Under the pieces are notes generated by a model. The model did no database searches. It saw only the letters and a list, made by a program, of their open reading frames with translations, and was not told the origin of the DNA. A program made the position numbers and the translations under genes. Positions 12,232-24,000 of a stretch of DNA of 64,000 nt are shown piece by piece. The stretch is from Lingula anatina. Lineage: Eukaryota > Animalia > Brachiopoda. The stretch spans positions 3,906,001 to 3,970,000 of the forward strand of contig CM120643.1 in assembly GCA_051362555.1 (NCBI GenBank). Direction: 5' to 3'. Numbering within the stretch: the first letter of the stretch is position 1; every line of letters begins with the position of its first letter.

Positions 12232-14244
12232 CTCTACCTGAGTCACAGATAGAGTTTTCACTAGATATTCATAGATAGGCCTATGTATAAAATGTAAGGA
12301 TGTGTTTAATAATTTTTGAAGAAGGATTCCTGTTTATGATTTGAGCGCAAAGGACGATTGCGTTTGTTACGTTCAGTAAAAGCAGTATTGACGACAGCTA
12401 TCATCTGAGTCCTCAAGGGGGTTGAACTCCCAACACGGTCGGAGGTACGTTGTGTAGATGAATAATAACAACATATGGTCTCTCTTGCTCTTTCTTTGGT
12501 TAGTCTTTCGATTCACACAAAAATCGTTGCATAAGTTAGCTAAGCACATGTGCTAATCATATTTAAAACACGAAATGCAGACTCATTTTTAGACCTTCGT
12601 TACTGTCGCTTGCAACACCATCTCACATTTGCCTATAAGTTTATTTTCAATAAAGTAGATAAATAAGGTACTTGTTTGGAAGCAAGTCTAACGTCTCAGA
12701 AAATGTCTAGAATGTTTATCTTAAATAATACAATGAATGACTTGCAGCTACTTTTAAAAGCCGAAAAATCCTTCGTGGCGTATTTTTGCTCCAGATCATT
12801 AATTTTAGTTGCTTTAATGTTTTGAAATATTTTAGTCATTAATAAAATCTTCATTTTAGTTAAGACAAGGACTGAAGGCCCCGTTGGGTATTTTCCTTAC
12901 TCGTAACATGCACTTATCATTCCCCGAGATGTGAAGCACCCCATTCCTGTGAATCGTGAATTGCGGGTTTCTATCCCTCGTCCTTATACTGTATATAGTG
13001 GAACGAAGTCATTATACTCGATGATAGTTATTTTCAGCTCGCCGGACTCGCATTTTCAATGAATAAAATTCTAATTCAATTTATGTTATTTGTGATTTGA
13101 TGATTTTATTTTCCGCGGCCGTGAACTGTGATCACCCCCCCTCCCCCTTCCCAGCGGGCCCTCATGATTAGATGGACGATATGTTAATAGGGCACAGTCA
13201 AATGTTTTACACGAAACACGACAAAACTGCACTCTGTTAGGAAGCCAATTGCAACATCTTCGTTACCAGGCATTGAGAAAATATACTTGAGATTGGGAAA
13301 AATAATTGGAACGTTTTAGAAAAAATTAACGCGCATCTAATATAGCCTAAGCATAGTCTCTAGATAGCGCAGTCTATAAAAGTAAAGTAGGCCTACAAGT
13401 AGGCTTACTAGTAGATTTGCAGGATATTTGGGAAAAAATTGACTTTAGAATATTTTCAAGTAGGCTACGTTTATTTTACTTTTAATGGTAATCACTCTAA
13501 ATGCGAAGGTCCTTAAATGCTCTATTTGCTCAAATTGAACGTTGTGTTAGCAGTGCTGAGAACCAGCAAAAGTTGAAGCAAAAAGAAAATACATAATAAT
13601 AACAATACAAAATAATTTAAAATGACCTTTTTGCAATAATTTATTCTTTATCAATAATCAATGATATCATATCTAAACGAAAAATCAAAAGATATAATAA
13701 CTTGGACGCAGAGTAAAACTGTGGCGCTTCATGTGACCGGATGTGCCGAGATGTGACCCAGTATTCACTATTCACTGCGGGTTTTTCTTTGACCTACTTA
13801 GGCGGGCGGAGCGGGAAAATTTTACACGTTAATGAAATAACGTTATTCCAAGGACAAGATATATCTATGAGTTGCCATTAAAGTTTTATCTAAAGCAGTA
13901 GGGCATTCCACGATTCCAGCATCCCTTTAAATGTATGCAAAGACATTCTTGATGACAAAAGGGTGAGTACTTTGTTGTAGTGATCTGGTACCGGAAGTCT
14001 TGGGATTGAAAGCGACAGTTGGGCGGGGCTTTTGAGAGAGAGAGAGAGAGAGAGAGAAGGACCTGCAGATACAAGAGGTAGAGAATAGACGTAGGGATCC
14101 GGTGATCCCAGTGTTATAAGTGTTATTCAGTAGCTCTGAGTTCGATCCTTGAAACATCTGAGGTAAAACATAAAAAAGTACTAGCAGAGTTATATATAAT
14201 CAAGAAGCAATGAGAAGATCCGAGTGCTAACTGGTCCACGGCCT

Positions 14245-14394
14245 TAATATGGCAGACCTACATGAAAGGAAGACTGCTTAATCCTGTAATGGTCACTCCA
14301 CCTCTCACACGCCTCCACTGGCGTCGTTCAGGCATGGGCACATTAATCAAATCTCGACTATACAGTCGTGTGGGGATCGAGGCATGTGACCATT
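14245..14394. mobile_element. Truncated MITE copy related to the element at 36537-36795
   Basis: AATATGGCAGACCTACATGAAAGGAAGACTGCTTAATC...CCACCTCTCACACGCCTCC aligns with about 36587-36660. Confidence 0.65.
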
Positions 14395-14397
14395 TAA

Positions 14398-14781
14398 GGG
14401 ACCATTCCCAGACTAAATGTTAATCAATTTATTTCTGAGGGATTTCTTGCTGAATTGCTTTTAGCTTAGCAGCTTAGATGTCTGGCATGCCTACTGATAA
14501 TTAATTACCCTTTAGCAGCTTCAGTAGGTATGACAGACATCTAAGCTGCTCAAGTTGATTGCAATTTAGCAAGAATCCCCTCAGAAATACATTGATCAAC
14601 AGTTACAGGTAATTTCTGACAGGCTTCCGAATTATCTTTATTGATCCATCCTCCATTTTAGACCGTCTTCCAATAGAAAAGATTAGTTACTCGCCAATGT
14701 AAACTTAAAAATCTGACCTTCTTCCGGAAGATCCCGGAGGATGGCCTAAATCCGCCCCTGAGTTAGTCTAGGAATGGTCCC
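14398..14781. mobile_element. PIF/Harbinger-type MITE with TAA target-site duplication and an internal foldback
   Basis: TIRs GGGACCATTCCCAGACTAA / TTAGTCTAGGAATGGTCCC, flanked by TAA on both sides; internal inverted repeat at about 14418-14601. Confidence 0.85.
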
Positions 14782-14859
14782 TAATATTCTTCTGGCTCTT
14801 GTGGACTGTCAATGTTCTTTTTATTAAGATAATTTATGTCACTTCATTAATATTATCTT

Positions 14860-15350
14860 TTGTCTCTTTTTCCAGCTCCAGTCTCCATAGAGCATGGTGA
14901 CTTCTAGGTGATCTGACTTTACCTGGCTGGACATGGGGGGGATGTATTATTAATATGAAATAGACAGGAAATAACAGCTGCAGGAATATCCCTTCATCTC
15001 ATGCAACTGTGCAAGACACAGCAAGTTTCAGGATGAATGGGTTATGAAGAACCAGAGACAGGACAGCCATGGTAAACAGGGAACTGGACTTTTTGCAGGT
15101 TGTACACAAAATGAACAGCTGGTTTTGTCTTTGAAGTAACAGTGGGTATAATTGGTCTTCTTTCTTACCTCTGTAGAGACACAAGGCCAGTTATCCCAAG
15201 GCTTGGATTTGAATATTTTTTAATGTGACTTAAAAAGCACGGGTTTTATAATTACCACACTTCTTTATTAAAAAAAAAACTTATAATTGTAATGTGCATT
15301 GAAGTTGTTTAAGGGCATTTTTTATCCACGTCTCTCATTTGTTACCAATG
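14860..15350 (+). repeat. Diverged direct duplicate of about 23489-23960, starting at a splice-acceptor-like site
   Basis: Both copies begin TCTCTTTTTCCAGCTCCAGTCTCCATA.AGCATGGTG.CTTCTAGGTGA and share CCAGAGACAGGACAGCCAT.GTAAACAGG. Confidence 0.85.
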
Positions 15351-17666
15351 CATTTTTATGTACAGACACAGAAGTGTCTGTACATATTGCCATCACCTGC
15401 GTCTGGCGTCGCCGATGCCGATGCCGATGCCGGCGCTGTGCACTTTCCTTGTTAACACGATAAGTGGAGGGCAGTTTTACTTTTTGGCTTTATATTTACA
15501 GAGCTGATGAATATTCATAAAACACAGGTAAAGTTTGAAAATCAGCATGATCGGGCCATTATTGTAGAAGTTATGCTGTTTTTTCACTTTTCAGCATATA
15601 TGCAACCCTGTTAACACATTTTAAGGAAAACCGATAGGCCTGTTGTCATTAAACTCACAGGAGTAATCAATCTTACTAAAACGCAGGTCAAGTTCGAAAA
15701 TCGGCATGATCGGGCCACTATTTTAGTAGTTATGCTGTTTTTTCACTTTTTAGCATATATGCAACATTGTTAACACATTTCAAGGAAAACCGTTAGGCCT
15801 GTTGTCATGAAACTCACATTAGTAATCAATCTTACTAAAACGCAGGTCAAGTTCAAAAATCAGCATAATGGGGCCATTATTTTATAAGTTATGCTGTTTT
15901 TTCACATTTCCTCAGATTCAATTCTTAGGCATGTTAACAGTCTCATTATTTAACAAATAAGATATGTAAATGTGTTTGTTTGACATTTCCTGCAACTTTA
16001 CAACATTGTTAGTTGATTATGTAAAAATGATGGTAAACTTGTTATCATGTATTGTATAATAGAGTTTTAAAAATGGAAAAAAACTCATATCATTGCAGTT
16101 TGTCAGATTAATTCATTCACTATGTTCAGAAACTCAGAATAGAGGAAATTGGACATTAAACACTGTTCTATTGATATTTTTCCCATGTCATCAATTTTCT
16201 TAGTTGATCATATAAAAATGGCAGTAAACTTAATTTTGTTATATGTTAAACAATTGTTAAAAATGGAAAAAAACACATTTCAGGACAGTGCTGTCTTGTT
16301 TACATTTTGGCATTTTCAAGTTGTGACTTTGAAGTTCCATGGGCCTGAAGACCTTTGCTTGTCACATTTTCTGAATATCCATGATACTAATATTTTATTA
16401 TTAAAAATTGATGGTCATTATGCTGTTAAACATTATGTAATATTGCATCAAAATTTGAAGAAACCCCTATTTTGGACACTGCTCCCATGATGACCATTTA
16501 AGGAAAACCATGTCACTTACTGTTCTCAAACTTACAGGAAAGAAACATGGGACTAAGATACAGTTTAATTAGGCAATGCAGTCTGTTTGGTAATTCTTTC
16601 TGGCAGTTAATCGGTTTTTTGTGAAAATTTAATTTTTCACATATTGGCATTTTCAAGGTGTGACTTAGAACCCATGCTAGTCACATTTTCTGAAAGTCCT
16701 CAATACATATATTTTATTATGTACATATTGCCATCACCTGCATCTGTCGTCGCTGTCCATGTTGCCGTCGCCGTGCACTTTTATCGTTAACACCATAAGT
16801 GGAAGACAGTTTTACTTTTTGGCTTTATATTTACAGAGCTGATGAATATTCATAAAACGCAGGTCAAGTTCAAAAATCAACATGATCGAGGCATTATTGT
16901 AGAAGTTATGCTGTTTTTTTTTTCACTTTTCAGCATATATGCAACACTGTTAACACAATATAAGAAAAACATATAGGCCAGTTGTCATGAAACTCACAGG
17001 AGTGGTTAATCTTACTAAAACTCAGGTTGAGTTTGAAAATCAGCATAATCGGGCCATTATTTTAGAAGTTATGCTGTTTTTTCACATTTCCTCAGATTCA
17101 ATTCTTAGGCATGTTAACAGTTTCATTATTTAATTAATAAGATACGTAAAAGTGTTTGTTTGACATTTCCTGCATCTTTACAACATTGTTGGTTGATTTT
17201 GTAAAAATGATGGTAAACTTGTTATCGTGTATTGTGTAATATAGTTTCAAAAATGGAAATAAACTCATATCATTGCAGTTTGTCAGATTCAATCATTCGC
17301 TATGTTCAGAATCTCAGAATGGAAGAAATTGGACATTTAACACTGCTCTATTGATTTTTTTCCCATCTCATCAATTTTTTTAGTTGATCATATATAAATG
17401 GCAGTAAACTGTTAATTTGTTTTATGTTAAAAATTGTTAAAAATGTGGAAAAAAACATTTCAGAACAGTGCTGTCTTGTTTACATTTTGGCATTTTCAAG
17501 TTGTGACTTTGAAGTTCCATGGGCCAGAAGACCTTTGCTAGTCACATTTTCTGAATATCCATGATACTAATATTTTATTATTAGAAATTGATGGTCATTA
17601 TGCTGTTAAACATTATGTAATATTGCATCAAAATTTGAAAAAAAACTATTTTTGGGCACTGCTACT

Positions 17667-17815
17667 TGTTGCATATTGTAATGTAATTAACATATCTCCC
17701 ATAATGCATTGTTCTTTTCTCTACCAGTTAGCCAGCATGGCTGGATGTGTTATGTAATAAATGAGTTATTAAAAAATGTTAACTTGAGTTACATAACAAC
17801 AGAAAAACTACGACA
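17667..17815 (+). repeat. 5' LTR of element 1 (149 bp)
   Basis: TGTTGCATATTG...AAACTACGACA, identical by eye to 22158-22306. Confidence 0.97.
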
Positions 17816-17833
17816 TGGTGTCAGAATCGGGAT
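17816..17833 (+). promoter_or_regulatory. Primer-binding site complementary to the tRNA-Leu 3' end
   Basis: TGGTGTCAGAATCGGGAT immediately follows the LTR; the canonical Leu PBS is TGGTGTCAGAAGTGGGAT (2 mismatches). Confidence 0.85.
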
Positions 17834-17929
17834 CTACATTGGATGTAGCATAATTTGGAGATTGGATGACCCACAAACTACAAGATTAAAACGGATTTAG
17901 AATCACTAAAAAAAAAAAAAGGAAAAAAA

Positions 17930-20900
17930 ATGGAGCACATGTATGGGATACAGCCGCCTCACATGGACTGGGAATCCATGGACTTACCGCGTACGTTCAA
18001 ACTTTTCAAGGAAAAGTGTGAATTGATATTCCAAGGACCTTTAGATGCTGTGTCAGAGGAAAGACAAGTGAAATTTCTTCTTCTTTGGATCGGAGAAAAA
18101 GGCCGCGAAATTGTGAAAACTTTTAACATTGATGATCCAGACGTGTTGACCTCGTATTGGCAAAAATTGGAAGAATACACAAAGCCCAAGAGTAACTTTC
18201 GAATTCAGAGATTTAAACTTAGAGCATGCAGACAAGAAGCAGGTGAGAGCATTGATTCTTTTGTCAGACGAATCAGACTCGTGGCAAATGAATGCAAATA
18301 TACCGATGTTGATCAACACATAATTGACACTCTCATTTTTGGCACTAACTCGGAGCGAATTCAGGCAAAATTATTACAAAGAGAGGACGATTTGACTCTA
18401 GATCAGGCTCTTGTCATTGCACGAACAGAGGAAGCAACTAAGAAACAGATTGAGGATCTTCACAGTACATCGGCAAAGGAAATTCACGCACTACGGCCAA
18501 GTGGAAACAGTCAAAGAGGGAGACCGCGTTACAGACAGCCACAACCTCGCACTCCTCGCCAGCAAACTCAATCAAAGGTACCAAACAAACAACGCTCACG
18601 ACAGCCACTGCAAGAATGTGGTAAGTGTGGAACTGAACATGTTTTTCAACAGTGCCCAGCTAAAGGTACAATTTGTCTCAAATGTGGCAAGCCAGATCAC
18701 TGGAAAAGGGTATGTAGAACAAAAACAGTAACTGCATCGACCCATAGTAAAACTGTGCATTCAGTAGCAAATGAAAGTGACAGTAGCAGTGTAAACTTTG
18801 ACTCTGTATATGTAGATAGTATTCAGTCAAAACAGTCCCCAGTTAAGCCATTTGCTGACATTGAAGTTAAAGTTGGGAACTCTACTTCAACATTACGTTG
18901 CAAAATAGACACTGGTGCTGAGGGAAATGTAATACCACTGTCTTCTTTCAAAAAACTTGCAATTCAGCAACCGCTAAAGCCTACGAATGACACGATTACA
19001 GCATATGGTGGCAGTAAGTTACCAGTATGTGGAATAGCAACATTGACATTCACAAATGACAAGGTCATGGTGACCTCAGACAGTTATATTGTGGACTGTG
19101 AAGGACCAGTTATACTAGGAATGGAAACCAGTCAGAAACTGGGACTTGTTACTCTGAACATAAATACAGTGACAAGACAGTCCATACTATCAGAGTATAA
19201 GGATATCTTTGAAGGTATCGGGAAATTGGACGGGGAATATCACATAAATATTGACCCCACTGTTTCTCCTGTTGTTCACCCACCACGGCGTGTACCTATT
19301 GCATTGCAGCCAGCACTCAAGGAGGAGTTGGACTCTCTCGTTGAGCAAGGGATCCTGTCACCTGTCACACAACCAACGAAATGGGTAAACTCGTGTGTAT
19401 GTGTTACCAAACCCAATGGAAAAATACGTCTCTGCCTGGACCCAAAAGACTTAAATACGGCAATTAGACGTCCACACCACTACACACCAACACTGGATGA
19501 CATCCTACCTCAACTGAGTGGCGCGCGTTATTTCAGTATACTTGACCTTCGGAGTGGGTATTGGAATATCACGTTAGATGAAGAAAGTTCTCTTCTGACT
19601 ACCTTCAATACGCCCTTCGGAAGATTTAGGTACAACAGACTACCCTTTGGCCTCTCGCTATCTCAAGACGTCTTCCAGGCCAAGATTGAAGAAGTATTCA
19701 AAGACATTCCAGGGTGTACCGGAATCGCCGACGACCTCATCATAGCAGGTTGGCAAGAAGACGGATCTGACCACGATGCCACTCTGCGCGTAGTATTAGA
19801 TACCGCCAGAAGAAAGGGGATACGCTTTAATGAAGACAAGATGATTCTTAGAAAGGAGGAAATTCCATTCTTCGGTCATATTATAGGAAAAGACGGGCTA
19901 AAACCAGACCCAGCAAAGGTAGAAGCCATTAATGTAATGAATGAGCCGAGAAATGTATCCGAGCTACAAACATTCCTTGGGATGACCAATTATCTAAGCA
20001 GATACATTCCCCACATGTCTCAACTTACAGCCAGTCTCAGAGACCTGTGCAAGAAGGATAGTGTTTTTCAGTGGAATGCTGAACACAGTATTGCATTCAA
20101 TGAGATTAAAGGAGAAATAGCAAATGCAACCAACCTACAATTCTACGACAGTAGCAAGTCACTTACACTCCAAGTTGACGCTTCATCTTATGGATTAGGA
20201 GCTGCCTTAATCCAGGATAAAGGCCCAGTTGCATATGCTAGCAAAGCACTCACAGAAACAGAGTCACGTTACTCCAACATTGAACGCGAGATGTTAGCAG
20301 TAGTGTTTGGTCTTGAAAAGTTTCACCATTATGTCTATGGTAGACATGTTAAAGTAGAGACTGATCACAAGCCTCTAGAAGCCATTTTCAAGAAGCACCT
20401 ACACAACGCACCACCGCGTCTGACCCGCATGTTGCTGAGAACGCAGTGTTATGACACAGAGATTGTGTATGTCCCAGGCAAAAATATAGGACTAGCTGAT
20501 GCCCTCTCTCGCATGAAACCTTGTGATGGTGACGACATCAAAGGACTTGACATTACAGTACATGAATTACACTCGTACATGAACGCAAGTCCAACACGCA
20601 TTGAGCAAATTCGCGAGGAAACTAGTAAAGAACCACAGCTAGCAGCTCTTCGTGAAATGATTTCTGTAGGATGGCCAGCTACACGCAGCGAGTGTCCAGA
20701 AATTCTTCACCCATACTGGAACTACCGTGATGAGTTAGGCATCGCAGATGGAATCATTATGAAGGGGAATAGGATGATTATTCCTACAGTACTTCGCCCT
20801 GACCTACTTAAACAGCTACATTATGCCCACCAGGGAGTGGAGAAATGTAAGCTACGTGCAAAATCGTCTGTATTCTGGCCTGGCATGAATAATGATATTG

Positions 20901-21856
20901 AGCACACAGTCGGACTGTGTCCACCTTGCCAGAAACACCAAGCTGCCAACAGTAAGGAACCCTTATTGCCAGCAGATGTACCTCCCCGCGCATGGCACAC
21001 ATTAGCAGCAGATTTGTTCTATTGGAGACAAACTGACTACTTATTAGTTGCTGACCAGTACAGCAAATATCCCTTAGTGCGGAAACTTCCAAATACATCA
21101 TCAGGCAGTGTAATTGCACACTTAAAGAGCATATTCGAGGAGCATGGCATCCCTGAGATTCTTAAAACTGACAATGGACCTCAGTTTTCATCAGAAGGAT
21201 TCAAAAACTTCGCAAACACTTGGGGATTTACGCACATTACATCCTCACCTATGTATCCGCAGTCAAATGGATTCATAGAACGAATGGTACAGACTGTTAA
21301 AAGTCTATTTCAGAAAGCATGGGAATCAAATTCAGATCCCCACCTATCCATGTTATGTCTTCGCACAACACCCATTGATCACAACCTACCAGCGCCTTGT
21401 GAGTTATTGAATAACCGGAAGTATAAAACAAATATTCCCGCTGGACAGTCACAGTTGAACTCCGACTACAATGTAGCATTACAGAAGAGACAGAACGCAA
21501 GTAAAACACACTATGATCAGCATGCCAAACCGCTTGAACCTTTACATGAAGGAGAATTTGTTCGCATGTATGACACTCAGAATAATACATGGCAACCTGC
21601 CAAAGTTAAAACTGTATCAGACAAACCCAGATCTTATTATGTGGAATCCAATGGTGGAAATTACCGACGCAACAGGAAACACATTCATAAGACAAAAGAA
21701 CATTTTGATTTCAGAAACAATGAGATTGAGGAAACTGATGAACCTCTTGTTGACATTACAAACACAGAGACTGTTACAAAATGTGAAACACCTCAATCTC
21801 AACCCTTACGCAGATCAAGCAGGAACATTAAACCTCCAGAGAGACTGAACTTATGA
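17930..21856 (+). CDS. Gag-Pol polyprotein, 1308 aa (Gag, two Zn knuckles, PR, RT, RNase H, IN)
   Basis: CGKCGTEHVFQQC and CLKCGKPDHWKRVC knuckles; protease KIDTGAEGN; RT LPFGL and IADD; RNase H VDASSYGLGAAL; integrase HYAH..CPPC, ADLF, TDNGPQF, GFIER. Domain order PR-RT-RH-IN. Confidence 0.97.
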   Translation: MEHMYGIQPPHMDWESMDLPRTFKLFKEKCELIFQGPLDAVSEERQVKFLLLWIGEKGREIVKTFNIDDPDVLTSYWQKLEEYTKPKSNFRIQRFKLRACRQEAGESIDSFVRRIRLVANECKYTDVDQHIIDTLIFGTNSERIQAKLLQREDDLTLDQALVIARTEEATKKQIEDLHSTSAKEIHALRPSGNSQRGRPRYRQPQPRTPRQQTQSKVPNKQRSRQPLQECGKCGTEHVFQQCPAKGTICLKCGKPDHWKRVCRTKTVTASTHSKTVHSVANESDSSSVNFDSVYVDSIQSKQSPVKPFADIEVKVGNSTSTLRCKIDTGAEGNVIPLSSFKKLAIQQPLKPTNDTITAYGGSKLPVCGIATLTFTNDKVMVTSDSYIVDCEGPVILGMETSQKLGLVTLNINTVTRQSILSEYKDIFEGIGKLDGEYHINIDPTVSPVVHPPRRVPIALQPALKEELDSLVEQGILSPVTQPTKWVNSCVCVTKPNGKIRLCLDPKDLNTAIRRPHHYTPTLDDILPQLSGARYFSILDLRSGYWNITLDEESSLLTTFNTPFGRFRYNRLPFGLSLSQDVFQAKIEEVFKDIPGCTGIADDLIIAGWQEDGSDHDATLRVVLDTARRKGIRFNEDKMILRKEEIPFFGHIIGKDGLKPDPAKVEAINVMNEPRNVSELQTFLGMTNYLSRYIPHMSQLTASLRDLCKKDSVFQWNAEHSIAFNEIKGEIANATNLQFYDSSKSLTLQVDASSYGLGAALIQDKGPVAYASKALTETESRYSNIEREMLAVVFGLEKFHHYVYGRHVKVETDHKPLEAIFKKHLHNAPPRLTRMLLRTQCYDTEIVYVPGKNIGLADALSRMKPCDGDDIKGLDITVHELHSYMNASPTRIEQIREETSKEPQLAALREMISVGWPATRSECPEILHPYWNYRDELGIADGIIMKGNRMIIPTVLRPDLLKQLHYAHQGVEKCKLRAKSSVFWPGMNNDIEHTVGLCPPCQKHQAANSKEPLLPADVPPRAWHTLAADLFYWRQTDYLLVADQYSKYPLVRKLPNTSSGSVIAHLKSIFEEHGIPEILKTDNGPQFSSEGFKNFANTWGFTHITSSPMYPQSNGFIERMVQTVKSLFQKAWESNSDPHLSMLCLRTTPIDHNLPAPCELLNNRKYKTNIPAGQSQLNSDYNVALQKRQNASKTHYDQHAKPLEPLHEGEFVRMYDTQNNTWQPAKVKTVSDKPRSYYVESNGGNYRRNRKHIHKTKEHFDFRNNEIEETDEPLVDITNTETVTKCETPQSQPLRRSSRNIKPPERLNL

Positions 21857-22140
21857 ATAAATTCAGTAACTATAGTGACTGTAACAAGTCAGTTGTGAAA
21901 GTGTCACAAATTGACTGTAATTTGAATAAGCTAAATCATAATTGTTTCATTTATGAACTCTGGACTTGAGATTCTGTTGACTTTTGTGTTTAAAAAAAAA
22001 ACAAAAAAAAACATTTACATGTGCCTATGAACTGTGAACATTGAAATGTCTTGGAGACAAAGACAACACGGACAGTGAACTGATTGTTTATTAGCAACTT
22101 AAAAAAAATAATAATAATAATTCCAGGATTTATTTTTATT

Positions 22141-22157
22141 AAAAAAAAAAAGGGAGA
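22141..22157 (+). promoter_or_regulatory. Polypurine tract of element 1
   Basis: AAAAAAAAAAAGGGAGA directly precedes the 3' LTR. Confidence 0.9.
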
Positions 22158-22306
22158 TGTTGCATATTGTAATGTAATTAACATATCTCCCATAATGCAT
22201 TGTTCTTTTCTCTACCAGTTAGCCAGCATGGCTGGATGTGTTATGTAATAAATGAGTTATTAAAAAATGTTAACTTGAGTTACATAACAACAGAAAAACT
22301 ACGACA
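22158..22306 (+). repeat. 3' LTR of element 1 (149 bp)
   Basis: Identical by eye to the 5' LTR; followed by TSD CTACT. Confidence 0.97.
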
Positions 22307-23488
22307 CTACTATGATGACCATTTAAGAAAAACCATGTCACTTACTGTTCTCAAACTTACAGGAAAGAAACATGGAACTAAAATATAGCTTCAGTAGGCA
22401 ATGCAATCTGCCAGTTAAACATTTTTTTGTGAAAATTTAATTTTTCACATATTGGCATTTTCAATGTGTGACTTTGAAGTTCCACAGGCTTGAAGACCCA
22501 TGATAGTCACATTTTCTGAAAATCCATGATAGGTATATTTTCTTATTAAAAATTGATTGTCCATATGCTGTAAACCATTATGTAATATTGCATCAGAATA
22601 GAAGAAAACACAATTTTGGGTGCTGCTGCCATGATGACCATTATGAGAAAACCATGTTACTTATGATTGCAAAACTTTCAAAAAAGAAATACAGGACTAA
22701 AATGCAGCCTGACGTTGGAAAAGCAGTCTAATTGACTTCTTTTTCTGGAAGTTTAACATTTTCAAAGTGTGAACTTGAACTTCCATGGGCCTGAAGCCTT
22801 ATGCTTGGTACACATTTTACTTACATTGGTATTACCTGTTGAGCATAATTAAAATTTGATGTTGCATTTGCAGTTTAACATAATGTACTTTTGTATCAGA
22901 ATTGACAGTAGCCTATTTTGTTATTTCCTGCTTTTTGTCTGTACATTTGACAGCTTTGCTGCCTTGTTTAAATTTAAACCATTAATTATAAATGCACAAA
23001 ATATCTAAAAGAAGAATACTTCCATTAAAATATTGTTCATGTACACTTTACTCTTCATATAAAGTGGCTGATGGACGTGTTAAAATTTCCTTGGTGACTC
23101 CTCTCAAATTACTCCTCAGAAAATGTCTTTCAATTAGTCACACCCAATTGATATCATTAGTCCAGATTTTTACAATTGTTAGGCAATTTGTGTGCAAATT
23201 TCACAAAAATCTCGAAGATTTGCAGAGTTCTGTTTATTTAATTGTGTTCAATCTGAGAATGTGCTGGTCTCTGCAGTCACAATTGTGCCCAGTAGCCTTC
23301 AAAATGCAAAGTCATTTTTAACTTATCACAGTTCAATCACCACAACAATGATGTCTACCATATAAGGTGGGCACTTGGCAGTGTACCATAGTTTTAATAT
23401 TTTTTCCAAATGGCTCTGGTGGAATGTCAGGTTTTTGTCTTTTCTTTGTGTTTAGATAATCTGTGTTCCTTCACTTGTACATTGTCAT

Positions 23489-24000
23489 GTCTCTTTTTCC
23501 AGCTCCAGTCTCCATACAGCATGGTGTCTTCTAGGTGAACTGACTTTACCTGGCTGAACATGGGGGACATGTATTTTATAAGAAGCAGATATAAAAAGGC
23601 AGCAACAGGAACATCGTCATCTCACCCAGTTGTGCAAGACACGGGATGGGGCAAGTTTTAGGATGAATGAACAGCCAGAGACAGGACAGCCATTGTAAAC
23701 AGGTGACTGGACCTCTTGCAGACAAAATGTATGGTTGTTTTTTTTATACAAATAAAGATAGGTAATTTGGTGCCCTTCTTTCCTTGTAAAGACACAAATA
23801 CCAATTGTAACAAATTTTTTTGGGGGGGGGAGGGGGGGGGGGTGAAATGATTATTATGAATAAAATTAATGTTTCATTGCTTTAATTATAATGTTAATTT
23901 AAATATTAATATTCATCAAGTGCTTTATTAATCACACCTGTCATTTGTTAAGAATTTGAACCAATTCATCTTGTATGCACAAAACACATAAAATGAATAC
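23489..24000 (+). repeat. Diverged duplicate of 14860-15350 plus about 22969-23030, lacking the HINE
   Basis: Similarity continues across the HINE position: ...TCATTTGTTA...AATTT(G/A)AACCA...ATGCACAAAA...GAATACTT. Confidence 0.75.

Larger units (their letters stand above)
17667..22306 (+). mobile_element. Full-length Ty3/Gypsy LTR retrotransposon, Mag clade, Steamer-like architecture
   Basis: Identical 149-bp TG...CA LTRs; 5-bp TSD CTACT (17662-17666 and 22307-22311); PBS; PPT; single intact gag-pol ORF. Confidence 0.97.
15353..22968 (+). mobile_element. Non-autonomous Helentron-type (HINE) element, two tandem units (15353-16713 and 16714-22968), the second interrupted by the Gypsy insertion
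   Basis: 5' perfect 13-bp hairpin TATGTACAGACAC-AGAA-GTGTCTGTACATA (15357-15386), (GCCGAT)n microsatellite, ~160-170-bp central tandem repeats, 3' subTIR TGTCTGTACAT (22936-22946) and hairpin GACAGC-TTT-GCTGCC, with T-rich ends. Confidence 0.75.

Noticed and set aside
17959-21848. Short alternative-frame and antisense ORFs inside element 1, and likewise 39023-40497 in element 2
   Set aside because: Shadows of the long gag-pol and pol ORFs with no motifs of their own.
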